Below are positions 39,379-50,596 of a stretch of DNA of 64,000 bases, in pieces; the stretch's first letter is position 1, and every line of letters starts with the position of its first letter. Both the position numbers and the translations under genes were made by a program. Below the pieces are notes generated by a model, which saw only the letters and a list, made by a program, of their open reading frames with translations, made no database searches and was not told where the DNA came from. This DNA comes from Massalongia carnosa. Lineage: Eukaryota. The stretch spans positions 2,294,001 to 2,358,000 of the forward strand of contig OZ287071.1 of NCBI GenBank assembly GCA_965645245.1, given 5' to 3'.

Positions 39379-42251
39379 CTTGCCTCTTCACTGAGTTGAG
39401 TGCGAGCGGATTCTCATATTCTAGGACCGAGCTGATACTAAGCAAGTGATTGCCATTAATGATGCCTGTGATGATCGATGAGAAGAGTCAATAGAAGTAG
39501 ATGACAAGATGCGAATCATACAAGAAATGATTTGCGATGCTTGTAGACGTTTGTAGGTGAAGATAAAAGATCACGCTCAACAACAAAGGTAGAAACTCTT
39601 TTGAATGCGACATTGTTCGGTACGTCATACTCGGATGGAAGATCCGGCTATCGTCACCCTGGATCAGACAATAGAGTAACTCTAGCCGGACATCGTTATG
39701 AAAATCACAAAGAAATCTCATTCCTCTAAGTTAGCAGCGCAGATTGCAACTCACATCTTCTCACTTACTTCCACCTTTTCGCATGTGCACAACGATAAAT
39801 CTCAAAAGCTTGTCTTGTCGCAAGCAACACATCACCACATAACCTGTCGTCTATATAAGATCATAAATAAAATTCATACGAGGTGTATTGCTACCTATCC
39901 CGAGGGAACTGACCTCTTTTGTGTTCGCATGAAGGAAAATAAAAAACACCATCGATCTCGACCATATCAAGTTTACAGTTCACGATTGATATTTCCCTGT
40001 GAGCACGCCATCATTGACAAAATAGCGCTTCTTTTGCTTAGCAAAATTCTTACAATTAAAAACAGTTCATACCTGCTGTATAATGGTCTCTATATTGAGA
40101 ATATTTGCCTCCATCTCTAGCTCAGCCATCAGAAATCAATATTCTTTCAGCGATCACAACTCTCTTCTCATCCCTGCTATAGTTTTCTCGTTCAGATATC
40201 ATTCATGTTGACCTTCAACATTTAATCCTCGTTCTGATTTGGAAACACAATCTACAAAATTGAGACAGGCTAAGATAATAATAACCACGCAACGAAAACC
40301 GCAATGGCAATGAAGCTTTAAGGAAAAGGAGTTGAGTACCGCATATGTTAGGCAAGGCTCATAGATGATGATGATGGTTGGCGAGACGAAGATGACGGGT
40401 AGAAAATGGAGCAAAGGTGCTAGTAATGAAAGTATAATGAGCAAGTATGAAAACTTAGATATTTATGGCCATCTCAAAGTCGCGTGTTCGCCGATAATAG
40501 CTTATTTTGACGTGAGAAATAGATCTAAGCTTGATAATGGAAAGATGGACTTGCTCAGGAAGCCGGTGAAACGCACTGCTGAAAAACGCAATTATGGTTA
40601 TAGACGTCATAAATATCTCCTTCCCTTTCTTCAGCTTAGGGATTTGATAGTAGACATACCATTTAACTCCACTCGTCACTATCTGAGATTCAGAGCTCGA
40701 GAACCTTGCCAACGAAGACTCTTCCAGGCTGCACCCATATTGAGCTCAGAACTGAAATCAGCGGCTCTGGTTCTTAGCCGATTTCATCACATAAGCCCTT
40801 TGCATCGCCCAACCATCAACTACTCATCCAACCCCGTGATGTCTCTCTCCCCTACCAAAGACAGTCATCCGGACGTATTATACTGCAGCCATGACATCAA
40901 CAAAATTACCACTTTCCTAGGGGCGATAGAATAGTGTTGCTCAACTCTCATCGTCTAGCTGCACTGCTCGGACTGGGTAATTTGGAGGTGTGATCGCTTG
41001 CTTTTTGATATCTTCTGTACAGGCACAATTCGCTATTAACTCGGCGACAATCAAGACCTCTTCGGCATGGGCGGTGCGCCTGTCCAGGCTACAGCCACTC
41101 TCGTCGCGGGAGATGCTGCGAACAGGGCCAACATGCCAGAAGCCGATGGCAATACCTCTTCATCTAGGAAAATATCTGTAATCGTTGAATAACCTTAAAA
41201 ATTAATTTTTCTTACGACTTTAATCCTAGATTTGGCGCAATTCTTGATAGATTGTGAGGGGTTATCCTGAGCTGCGGGCCTTGAGGATGAAGCTAGTCAT
41301 TGGGTAGATTATCCCTGGATTAAAAACTTAAGTTCTGAGAAAACTCACGCATGGCCCGGGCGACGTAGCCGCCCGTATAGGGCTTGCGATCTTGGAAAGA
41401 ATCGCGCAATGCGTTTGCCTATGTTATCCTTTTCGAGTTTGTGAAAGTTAGAGCGCCTAGCGCGGCTAACTAACTTCTAGTTTGTGATAGTTAGACCTAT
41501 TTAAAGGGTACAATGAATTCTACGACTCGCATCGTACTTCTTTTGAAACGCAAAAAACTATAGATTGAAGAATGATGAAAATTTTCATGGACCTCTCTGT
41601 AATCATATAACTTTGCATTGAAAGCGCATCAAGCTTAATGGAGAAGATTTCGGCTGAAGCTGGAGAACTTTACAGGGGGCCTGGAAACTAGTGCGGTGAA
41701 ATTTTATCAATGGCGTTATCTATCTCCTGTTCAGGGAAACTCTAGGGGTTTTAAATAAAGCAATTGCTGAATGCTGCACCGGTGTCCTCAGGGCCTATGC
41801 CTTACTTGAACACCTTCTAGCCGGTAAACCACGACTAAATCATTCTTTGCACTATGAAGATTTCGGTTGTGCAAACGGATCTTTTAAATCTCTTGAAAAT
41901 ATTTTCTTCCCTTATTAGCTTCTCGTAGTTTGAAGCCCACTCACGAAGCAGAAACGTTTGCAAACCTTAAAACTGTCTATAGCCCTGGAATTGATCTCTT
42001 CGAACTCAAGCCGAAGTCTAGGTACGTTAAGCTAAGTTGAAGTTAGGAGTATGCTGGGAAGATGGGCTTGGAACCCTATCATTAGGTAGGTCACTACCTG
42101 GTTAAACTGTTCATCTTCCGTGTATGCAACTAATGCTCAAAAGTATCTGAGTAAGAAAATCATCACTCGGTATTTTAGCATGATGATGCAGACCAAATAT
42201 CATTTGGGTGCAGGCAAGTGACCCTCTGATGGAATGAATGTCTATATTAGA

Positions 42252-44252
42252 TCAACCTGCATGACCGAACCAGATATCATCCTTCGGCCCAGCTCCCTTT
42301 GCCAACCCTTTAGCTTCACAGAGAGCTTTATTCGCATCTGGTAATACCCAGGTTCCCACCAAGTCTGACATAGTCAAAAATTGCATCAAAAGTCCAGCCT
42401 CGGTATGCCAAGAGATATGGCAGTGGAAAGCCCATATGCCTGGATTATCAGTGATAAGTCGAATAAGAATCCAGCCAAATGCTTCTACAGAAGCGGTATC
42501 TCTCCGTAATGGATTTGAGAGGTCCATGGTTTTATAAAGATGAGGATCAAAATATCCGCGTCCTTGCGCTAGAACAAAATACTTATATCCGTGTAGATGG
42601 AGGGGATGATTACCATCGTCAAAATTGTCTATAAGAACATCCACGGCTTTGATTCCGTCGACCTGGATCACCATTTCCCTTTCAGAGTCAAATGGCTCGC
42701 GGTTAATTCCAGTGGTTGAGCCTGTGGAAGCGTTGTTACCTCTCGCATGCCTATCGATAAACCGGGCTAATGAGGGAGCGCCAACATCAGGCCTCCAAGA
42801 ACTTGTATTAAAGAATCCCCGACTGAGCTTCCAAGCGCCAATTTCAAAATTGGACCGTAAATAAAAGAACGCGTCATATTTTGCGGTGACTGGGATAGGA
42901 TCTTCTGGAACAAGCTCAGTGGTATTTAGGTCCTTGCAAACAAGCTCAGCAACTTCTTCCCAATCCTTACTTCTTGGCTTCTCTAGAGGTTTCCAGGATC
43001 TCCCAGCAACAGAGTCATTGGTGTGGGAGTATAGAACAATAGCTCGAATCTCGGGCACGAGATCTGGGTTGTCTTCTGCAAAACACGTTGTCATCATTCT
43101 TGCACGCATCCAGAATGAATCTGCTGTTTTGAGTTTTGTAGAGACCACCACGCTGTATCTTTGGCCAGGGCTTATGGTAAGGCGATGATAATAACCCGGC
43201 TTAACATCTGTCCCGTCGACTTCTGTCACAGCAAACTCATGCTCGTCAATTTGGATCTGGAACTCCGCAAAGGCTCCAACATTGATAAAGCGAAGGCGGT
43301 GGTTTTCACCACTTTCTAGCTCAAACTTTGGGATATTTACCGTGGAATTGTTGCATTTTCGATGAGGAAGAGCATCGCAATCCCTACTGTTTATTCCGTT
43401 GATCAATGCTCCGTCTGGGACTGGCTCTGCATTCTCTCGATCAGGCTCGAGATATTTCATGAGCAGAGCACCGGACAAATCGTGATAATGATCTTGAATC
43501 ATCACAATTCTGTCCGACGCATAATGAATTCGTTGCCTGCCTCGTTCGTTTCGAGAATGCACAATCAGAGGCCCAAGAAGTCCATCCGAAGCCTGGCCTC
43601 CATAGTGAGAGTGATACCAGTACGTCCCTGACTGCCCTAGGATGGTGAAATCATAGGTAAATTTATTCCCTGGGGCGATTGGACACTGGGAGATCCCTAC
43701 AGTGCCATCCATCCAGTTAGTTCCGTTTTGGTAAATGCCATGCCAATGAAACGAAGTTGCATTTACTGCTTGGTTGTCCACGTTCACTACAATCGTGTCT
43801 CCTTCGTTGCATTCGATTAGTGGTCCAGGAAACTGCCCGTTGATGAGCATCATGGGTCTGTACACCCCGTCGGGGTTATGCTGGTGGTCTTGAATGATCC
43901 AATGATACTCTCTTCTCACGGGCGTAGCATTGAAGTTCCACTCTGGGTCTAACAGATAATTGTTATCAATCGCATGGGTTGCAATTGTTTTAACCCCAAC
44001 TTGCGTAGAAAGCCCGATATACAGAAAGTAGAAGCTTAGAAGGAGGATGGCAAGCACTAATGCCAGCCCTTTCAACATTCTGGTGAAAAAGCCGAATGGA
44101 TAGTTCAACCATTTTTTCTCAGACAGCACATTTCCCGATATTTCGAGGTCGCTCCCTGGCTTCACAGTTGTGAGTAGAGTGCGTCGATCGCTATCATTGG
44201 CCGAGTCGCTCGAAATGCGAGGCGACGCATCCATTGTCGTTTCCCTTCTCAT
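42252..44252 (-). CDS. Multicopper oxidase (laccase-like) with N-terminal transmembrane anchor, intronless
   Basis: All four Cu-binding motifs: HWHG, WYHSH, HPLHLHG, HCHISWHTEAGL. The exact start ATG is uncertain. Confidence 0.95.
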   Translation of the reverse strand: MRRETTMDASPRISSDSANDSDRRTLLTTVKPGSDLEISGNVLSEKKWLNYPFGFFTRMLKGLALVLAILLLSFYFLYIGLSTQVGVKTIATHAIDNNYLLDPEWNFNATPVRREYHWIIQDHQHNPDGVYRPMMLINGQFPGPLIECNEGDTIVVNVDNQAVNATSFHWHGIYQNGTNWMDGTVGISQCPIAPGNKFTYDFTILGQSGTYWYHSHYGGQASDGLLGPLIVHSRNERGRQRIHYASDRIVMIQDHYHDLSGALLMKYLEPDRENAEPVPDGALINGINSRDCDALPHRKCNNSTVNIPKFELESGENHRLRFINVGAFAEFQIQIDEHEFAVTEVDGTDVKPGYYHRLTISPGQRYSVVVSTKLKTADSFWMRARMMTTCFAEDNPDLVPEIRAIVLYSHTNDSVAGRSWKPLEKPRSKDWEEVAELVCKDLNTTELVPEDPIPVTAKYDAFFYLRSNFEIGAWKLSRGFFNTSSWRPDVGAPSLARFIDRHARGNNASTGSTTGINREPFDSEREMVIQVDGIKAVDVLIDNFDDGNHPLHLHGYKYFVLAQGRGYFDPHLYKTMDLSNPLRRDTASVEAFGWILIRLITDNPGIWAFHCHISWHTEAGLLMQFLTMSDLVGTWVLPDANKALCEAKGLAKGAGPKDDIWFGHAG

Positions 44253-44735
44253 ATCCCTCAACCCTTCATTCTCACCATTATCATTAGCTCTGATAGCTCC
44301 ACTCTGACATCTGTTTATTTCATATCACTTTTATGCATTACACTACCGTCGTCTCTTTATGGCTCAATTCGTGTGTCTCCTGCCTATTGTGTACATCTTC
44401 TAGGCTCGGTTGTTCCACGTGCCTGGCCATCTGATCTCAATGTCCGTACTTCTGTCGTTGAGAAGAGGTAAATCGGAGCAGGCCCGCCAATCATTTCAGC
44501 ATGTGCCAAGAGATCTGCACCTCGCTTGGATGCACCCCGGGCAAAACCCGTTTCGGATCAGAAGTGGAAGATAGCCTTCTGGCAGCTTGAATCCGACGAT
44601 TGCTGAACGTGGGAACGTACTGGGCGGATTATTTGCCTGGAGATATTCTTAATAACTAGAGTGATTCCACTGTTCTTAGAAATGGATATTATTGATTCTG
44701 GTCGCTGTCTTCTTGAGTCTTTTTCATATGTCATA

Positions 44736-46259
44736 ATGGCCGCCAGTTTAGCTCTCTTTTTCTTTTTCTTTTTGATTAGCAGCGTTATACCGCAAAACAC
44801 CCTGACGAGCCCGGTCGACGTTGCTCGTGCTGCAGCTACTGCCAGGACCAACAGCCCGACCAGCAATGTGGTTGGCAAAGCATTCGATAGGATAGCTATC
44901 ATTTGGCTAGAGAATACTGATTACGCGAAGGCGGCTGGTGATCGTAAGCTCGTAGTTTCATTTTTCAGATTCAAGAAGTTGCAACGAGGCCGAAGTTTCA
45001 ACTCTATTGTGCTGATACTTTGGATTGCAGCGAATCTGGCATATCTAGCAGCAAAAGGGATCAAACTGTCCAACTATTTGTGCGTTCTATTGACTCCTAT
45101 TCTAAATTGCGAGTGAAGCCTGGGCTAGAGCTTGCTATAGTGGCGTAACCCACCCAAGCGAGCCAAATTATGTTGCCTCTATTGGTGGCGAGTATTTTGG
45201 CATGGACAACGACAAATTCAACCAGATTCCCTCCAACATATCCTCAGTTGTTGACCTGCTAGAGGACAAAGGCATTAGCTGGGGTCATTACGAGGAGGAT
45301 ATGCCGTACTCAGGGTTCGAAGGAATAGCTTGGGTTAACCAGCGTAATGGTGCCAACGATTATGTGAGGAAGCATAGTAAGCGTTTCCGCGATACTTCAA
45401 TTCTACTCTTTGTCTTCTCAGAAAAGGCAGAAACAGTCTCTAAATCAATACACATTTCAGATCCGGCGATTATCTACAACTCCGTAACCAACGATCCTAG
45501 CCGCCTAGCTAATATCAAAAACCTCACCATGTTCTACAAGGACCTTCAAGCGAACCAGCTCCCACAATGGATGTTCATCACCCCAAATATGAGTGAGTCA
45601 TTTCTGTATCCATCACCATCCTCCGTGAATACGGCAGACAGCTTCCTAGCTACACCCCTTCCCCATAGCTAACAATCCCTCCCAAAGCCTCTGACGGTCA
45701 TGACACCTCTGTAACAACAGCCGGCTCCTGGTCCCGTAACTTTCTCACTCCCCTCCTCGCCAACCCCTCTTTCACCTCCAATACCTTGATTCTCCTTACC
45801 TTCGACGAAAACCACACCTATACCGCCCAGAACCGCGTCCTGGCCCTTCTCCTTGGTGACGCCGTCCCCGCATCCCTGGTTGGCACTACGGATGTCGCCT
45901 TCTACAACCACTACTCCTCCATCGCCACTATCGCCGCGAACTGGGACCTCCAAACTCTGGGTCGCTGGGACGTCGGCGCCAACGTTTTCGCTTTCGTGGC
46001 CTCCAAGACCGGGGACACGGTTCGCGCATGGAACACGCCCGCGCTAACAGGCATGTTTTTCAATCAGTCATACCCGGGCCTTTTCAACAGCAAAAACACC
46101 CAGGTCGAATTACCTGTACCGAATTCGGCGGTTGTGTGGAACGGGAGGACAGTGTTGCAGAAGGTCAAAGATGTTTGGGGGAGTGGCCAGAGTCGGTCGT
46201 ATTATGACTCTAGGCTGGAGATTCCGGACGGGCAGCATCCGCCTATTTATCCACCGTAG
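44736..46259 (+). CDS. Secreted acid phosphatase (phosphoesterase family), about 5 exons
   Basis: Signal peptide, VVGKAFDRIAIIWLENTDY, GVTHPSEPNYVA, YEEDMPYSGF, YVRKH, PQWMFITPNM, DGHDT, LLTFDEN, YNHYS.IAT...NW.L..LGRWD. Confidence 0.92.
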
Positions 46260-46664
46260 ATGCAAGAGTGGTTTGGACATGATGGTACGAGTAGAAATGT
46301 GGGGTTCTGATGCCAGGCTAGGACAATGACACACCAAGTAGTTATATTCCCTTGTTGGACTATTTAGTCATGAGATCAATATGAAAGAATCTCTCTCGAA
46401 TACATTCTCCCAAAAACATTGGGTTCCTCCCATTCTCGGCAGTTGTAACTCCCTACCATCATTGGTCCCGCCATGACTAAACGAGCCCCCCACTCATCCT
46501 AATTTCGATAAAAGCGACGCAATGCCACTTTTCCCTTATCGAACCAATTCCAGCACATCCATATAACCGGCAACAAAACCAACCCAGACCCAAAATAACC
46601 ATAACAGGACGAAAAAGGTTGATTGAGAACCAAAAAAATAAACAACCCAAAAGACAAGCGTCAT

Positions 46665-46753
46665 GTCCCTAGCTGGGAATCGAACCCAGGTCTCCTGCGG
46701 CTTGTCACAAATGGGATGACAAGCAGAAATGATGACCACTACACTACCAAGGA
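46665..46753 (-). tRNA. tRNA-Asp(GTC) with 17-nt intron (46716-46700) and atypical discriminator C73
   Basis: TCCTTGG/CTAGGGA acceptor stem, TAGTGTAGTGG A box, TCTGC-TT-GTC-A|intron|C-GCAGG anticodon arm, CTGGGTTCGATTCCCAG T arm. Confidence 0.85.
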
Positions 46754-46842
46754 TATCTTGTGACTGGACAATTTTGCGGATTCTTTATATATATTTCATT
46801 GCAATGAAAAATCTTTGAAATACAAGAACGGAAGAAATATAT

Positions 46843-47065
46843 TTCTGTGGGTTTACCCCAACTCGTGGCACCAGACGTATGACTACGTCAGTGCTTGAGT
46901 TGGATGGTAAAGTTGTTCTATTAGCTAGTAGCGAGCGTGGGCTATATAGGCGTGTGCCCCTTTTCGGGGTCACGTGGCTGGCTAGGCGTCCCGTGCCTAA
47001 CAGTGACGAAGGCCTTAATATTAGTCGTGCCCACAGCCCGTTCTATCTACTAGTGCTACTAACAA
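46843..47065. ncRNA. Candidate structured ncRNA or foldback element (long hairpin plus branched domain)
   Basis: Nested complementarity: TTTACC/GGTAAA, CCAACTC/GAGTTGG, GCAC/GTGC, GACGTA/TACGTC, then CTAGTAG/CTACTAG, GTGGGC/GCCCAC, CCCC/GGGG, TAGGC/GCCTA. Family not identified. Confidence 0.4.
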
Positions 47066-47652
47066 TTTCTTAAAGGATTTTTATTTGCCGTTGGGGATAT
47101 CCCGCTTTGGGTGGATTCCGAGAAGTAGGATCGGTGGAAAATGTATGCGGAGATTGAGAATAACTAACTAGGATGACGGTAGCATGGGTTCTTTCTTTTT
47201 CCCCTATAGCTAACTAAGCATGAAGTGAGAGAGATCTTCTTGTTACTTTCGATCCTTGCTGTATACCCAAATCTACTTATCTAAGCCCCCGAGTTTGTTT
47301 GGCGTTTCTATGATCCGATTTCCTTGCTGGCTATTTACTCTTTTGTCAGGAATTGGTCATGATCTTCGTTATTCTTAATTTCCTATTGCCTCGGTGAAAT
47401 CATTTGATCATTTAATCGTCTAACCATATCATATTAAGTTCAATGACCCACACAACAACACAGTCACGCAATCCCCGGCACCAAATTTCCTTCCCCCCCC
47501 CCGTCACGGGCTTTTCGCGAGGAGAAAAAGGAGAAGATATTGAAAAGTAGTAAATAGCGAGCGATCGGAAGGGAAGGGAAGGGAAGCGATGAGAGAGGGA
47601 AGGGGAACTGGCGGGAATAGAACAGCGAAGGGAAAATTTCGGATTTTGTTGA

Positions 47653-47656
<4 letters not shown>

Positions 47657-47706
<50 letters not shown>
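47657..47706. repeat. (GA)25 microsatellite
   Basis: Directly visible. Confidence 0.98.
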
Positions 47707-47710
<4 letters not shown>

Positions 47711-48009
47711 ACGGAGAAAAGCGAGTGTTTCAATTAGTTACATGCAGTTGCAACTATGATGAAAAGCAGACAGAACATTGATACTGAAGAAGCGAGGGAA
47801 CGTCAACACGGATGACCGTGTGAGTGCTCTTCCACGTCAGGCCCTTACACTCCTCCAAGATTTCTCGCGGAAAGCAACGACCGTGTAAGATTCATGTGAT
47901 TCATTTCCTGTGGCGTCGGTATCGTAATCACTTACAAACAAACTAGATTCGTAAACAATACATTTTTCAGTTCCCCCTCCTCACTCAAGCTGGTTTCCGC
48001 TTCGGCCGC

Positions 48010-49785
48010 TCAGGTCCCCCCCATGATATTCAGGCTGACCGCCCCTGTATTTTTTGTCTGCTTCTTTGCGGCGGAAACCCCGTTGCTCTCTCCCCCGTGC
48101 GTTCCCTTGACTGGTGCCCCGTTATGATCCCCATCGTCAGCCTTCGTTTTCCCGGCCATTCCATTCGCACCATACACATCCGCGTCCTTCGCCATCCCGT
48201 TGTAGGTCCCATTGAATCGTAATCCCGAGATGCCGTCATATCCCTTGATGCCTGTTGCCCTTTCCACCCGCGAGGCAAGGTCCCCGCTCACTTCGCGGAA
48301 TATGGCGATTTCACGCTTGAGAATTTCCTCCTTTCGGCACTTCGCCATGTGGCCCGACACGTTGCTAACGAATCTTTCCTTGGCGGCTTCGTCGAAAACT
48401 TTTTCCCACAGCGCGCGCGGAGCGTTGAAGTCTTCCGGCCGGATCTCGGAGAGGAACGTGACGGCATGTTTAGTGAATTGGCTATGTACCTTGTCCAAAT
48501 CAACCGTGCGCTCCCGGAACTGTATGGGCTCGATGGAAGAAAGATAGTTCGGACGGGCCCCCTGGTTGTAAAAGGCCATCTGGCCGTCGCGCTGGAAGTT
48601 GGCTACATGGTGGCCTGTGCGCGTGGAGTTGACGGGCAATTGCTGGTAGTTTGCGCCGATACGGTGGCGATGTGTGTCTGGGTAAGAGAACAAACGACTT
48701 TGGAGCACAGGGTCGGCGGAGGGCTCGATGCCAGGAATCAAATGAGAGGGATTGAAGGCTACTTGCTCCACCTCGGCGAAGTAGTTCTTGGCGTTTTCAT
48801 TAAGCGTAAATCTTCCCACCTCGCGAAGAGGGAACTGCTTCTGCGGCCATATGTGCGTGAGATCGAAGACATTGATTTTATGCTCGGCCCACAGCTCTTC
48901 AGCTTCTTTGGCGGTCATGGTCTGAAAGGCTACGGTCCACGAGGGGTACTCGCCCCGCTCGATTGCTTCGTACAAGTCCTTTTGCGAGTAATCGGCACTT
49001 TTAGTCAGCGAGTCCTCTTGCGTGATGAATTTGGTACCTTGGTCGGATTTCATGTGCATCTGGGCATAAACCCAATCTCCGGCTTTGTTGACTAGCTTGA
49101 AAGTATGGCCGCTGTATCCATGCATAAACCGGTATCCATCCGGAATCCCGCGGTCACCCATGAGGATCAACACTTGATGAACCGACTCTGGGTTTTGCGA
49201 TAGATAGTCCCAGAACATCGTTGAGTCGTCAGCATGCCCCAGATGCGTCGACGGATCCCGCTTCTGGGTATGGATGAAGTGCGGGAATTTAGCGGGGTCA
49301 CGTAGGAAGAAGACTGGCGTGTTATTGGCCACCATGTCGAAATTCCCATCGAGAGTGCGGAACTTGACTGAGAATCCGCGGGGATCGCGAGCACAATCAG
49401 GCGAACCCGACTCACCACCCACGGTCGAGAAGCGCACGGTGACAGGACATTCTTGGCCTTCTTTGCTGAAAATGTCAGCCAGACAGAGGTCATCGAGGGG
49501 CTTGGTGCACTTGAAGACCCCGTGAGCGCCACTTCCTTTCGCATGGACCACGCGCTCGGGGATTCTTTCGCGGTCGAAGTGCGAGAGGAGATCGATCAGA
49601 TGAAAATCTTGGAGGAGCAGAGGCCCGTTGGTACCAGCACGCTGGGTTTCGTATGGATGAGGCATCGGTACGCCATTGCTAGTCGAGTACAACGTTTCTT
49701 GTGAGGGTTTGCTCCGGTCTTCCTCATAGCTTTTAATCTGGGAGGGAGTTACGCTGTTGACTTTATGATCAATTTGGGTAGGCAT
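48010..49785 (-). CDS. Monofunctional small-subunit heme catalase, intronless
   Basis: FDRERIPERVVHAKGSG active-site signature, VRFSTVGGE, RDPRGF, NNTPVFF, heme-ligand signature RLFSYPDTH. Confidence 0.97.
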   Translation of the reverse strand: MPTQIDHKVNSVTPSQIKSYEEDRSKPSQETLYSTSNGVPMPHPYETQRAGTNGPLLLQDFHLIDLLSHFDRERIPERVVHAKGSGAHGVFKCTKPLDDLCLADIFSKEGQECPVTVRFSTVGGESGSPDCARDPRGFSVKFRTLDGNFDMVANNTPVFFLRDPAKFPHFIHTQKRDPSTHLGHADDSTMFWDYLSQNPESVHQVLILMGDRGIPDGYRFMHGYSGHTFKLVNKAGDWVYAQMHMKSDQGTKFITQEDSLTKSADYSQKDLYEAIERGEYPSWTVAFQTMTAKEAEELWAEHKINVFDLTHIWPQKQFPLREVGRFTLNENAKNYFAEVEQVAFNPSHLIPGIEPSADPVLQSRLFSYPDTHRHRIGANYQQLPVNSTRTGHHVANFQRDGQMAFYNQGARPNYLSSIEPIQFRERTVDLDKVHSQFTKHAVTFLSEIRPEDFNAPRALWEKVFDEAAKERFVSNVSGHMAKCRKEEILKREIAIFREVSGDLASRVERATGIKGYDGISGLRFNGTYNGMAKDADVYGANGMAGKTKADDGDHNGAPVKGTHGGESNGVSAAKKQTKNTGAVSLNIMGGT

Positions 49786-49946
49786 GTTGAGAATAGAATG
49801 CAGTAGAGAAGAGAATTCTAGTTATAGTCACAAACCAAAATCCGTCCTGAACCATAGAGTATATCAGAAAGGGTGCAGGTTGTGGAAAAACCAACCACAA
49901 CCGAGGGGGGAGAATGATTGATAGATGATGGAACTTTGCCACTCCA

Positions 49947-49964
49947 ACGTCACGTCGTACGTCA
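49947..49964 (-). promoter_or_regulatory. Two tandem CRE-like TGACGT motifs upstream of catalase
   Basis: ACGTCA at 49947-49952 and 49959-49964, 160-180 bp upstream of the ATG. ATF/CREB bZIP factors are known regulators of fungal catalases. Confidence 0.35.
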
Positions 49965-50596
49965 TTCAAGATTAGATAAACAATATCTCGCATTTCGAAT
50001 TTCGTATTTCACATTTCCCATTGCATTGTGCATCCGAGAACTAAGTAGAAAGAGCATACAGAGTAGGGACTCTGCATTCACTGAACACCTAGGTACATTG
50101 GAACGCGAACCATGCACATCCAGCAATGCTCTATTCTTGGATACTTAGGTTTGATGAGACAACGGGTACAAAGTACAGAGTTTAAAATTCAGAAGACGGA
50201 GATGGAAATCATAGCCTAGCCTGTGTGGTACTCGTACTTCGCAGCTATGCACAAGCGCCTGCTTCCTCAAATAATGGAAGTCGAATGGGAAAGCATTGGT
50301 ACGGCTTCTACCCCATTGAACAACAGAAAATGCCTGGATTAGAATTCTACGTGTACCTCGAGAGGGAATGGCTGCGGAGAGATCAGTTGTTCGCAGCAAG
50401 ACCGTGGTGACACAACGCTCAACTGAGGCATCATAAATCGCCCAAGGGGATGCATGAGCAGTCAGAACCTCGATCGTTCCCATAGATCCCGAATTCGGCA
50501 ATATACGCCGTTCCGTTGTTCCATACCTTCCATTTCTTGACATCTTGATCGCACCGTTTATAGAGTGCCTAGAGCAACTCCTGTACTATTTGGGTA

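Noticed and set aside
47355..47456. snR30/U17 3' hairpin (AATTTCCTA, TAACCAT, ACA)
   Set aside because: The motifs are imperfect and the m2-like element is too far from the ACA. Not supportable without a covariance search.
48349..49095. Long antisense ORFs over catalase, PLD, the sugar porter and 26544-27113
   Set aside because: Shadows of codon bias in genuine opposite-strand genes, with no recognisable motifs.
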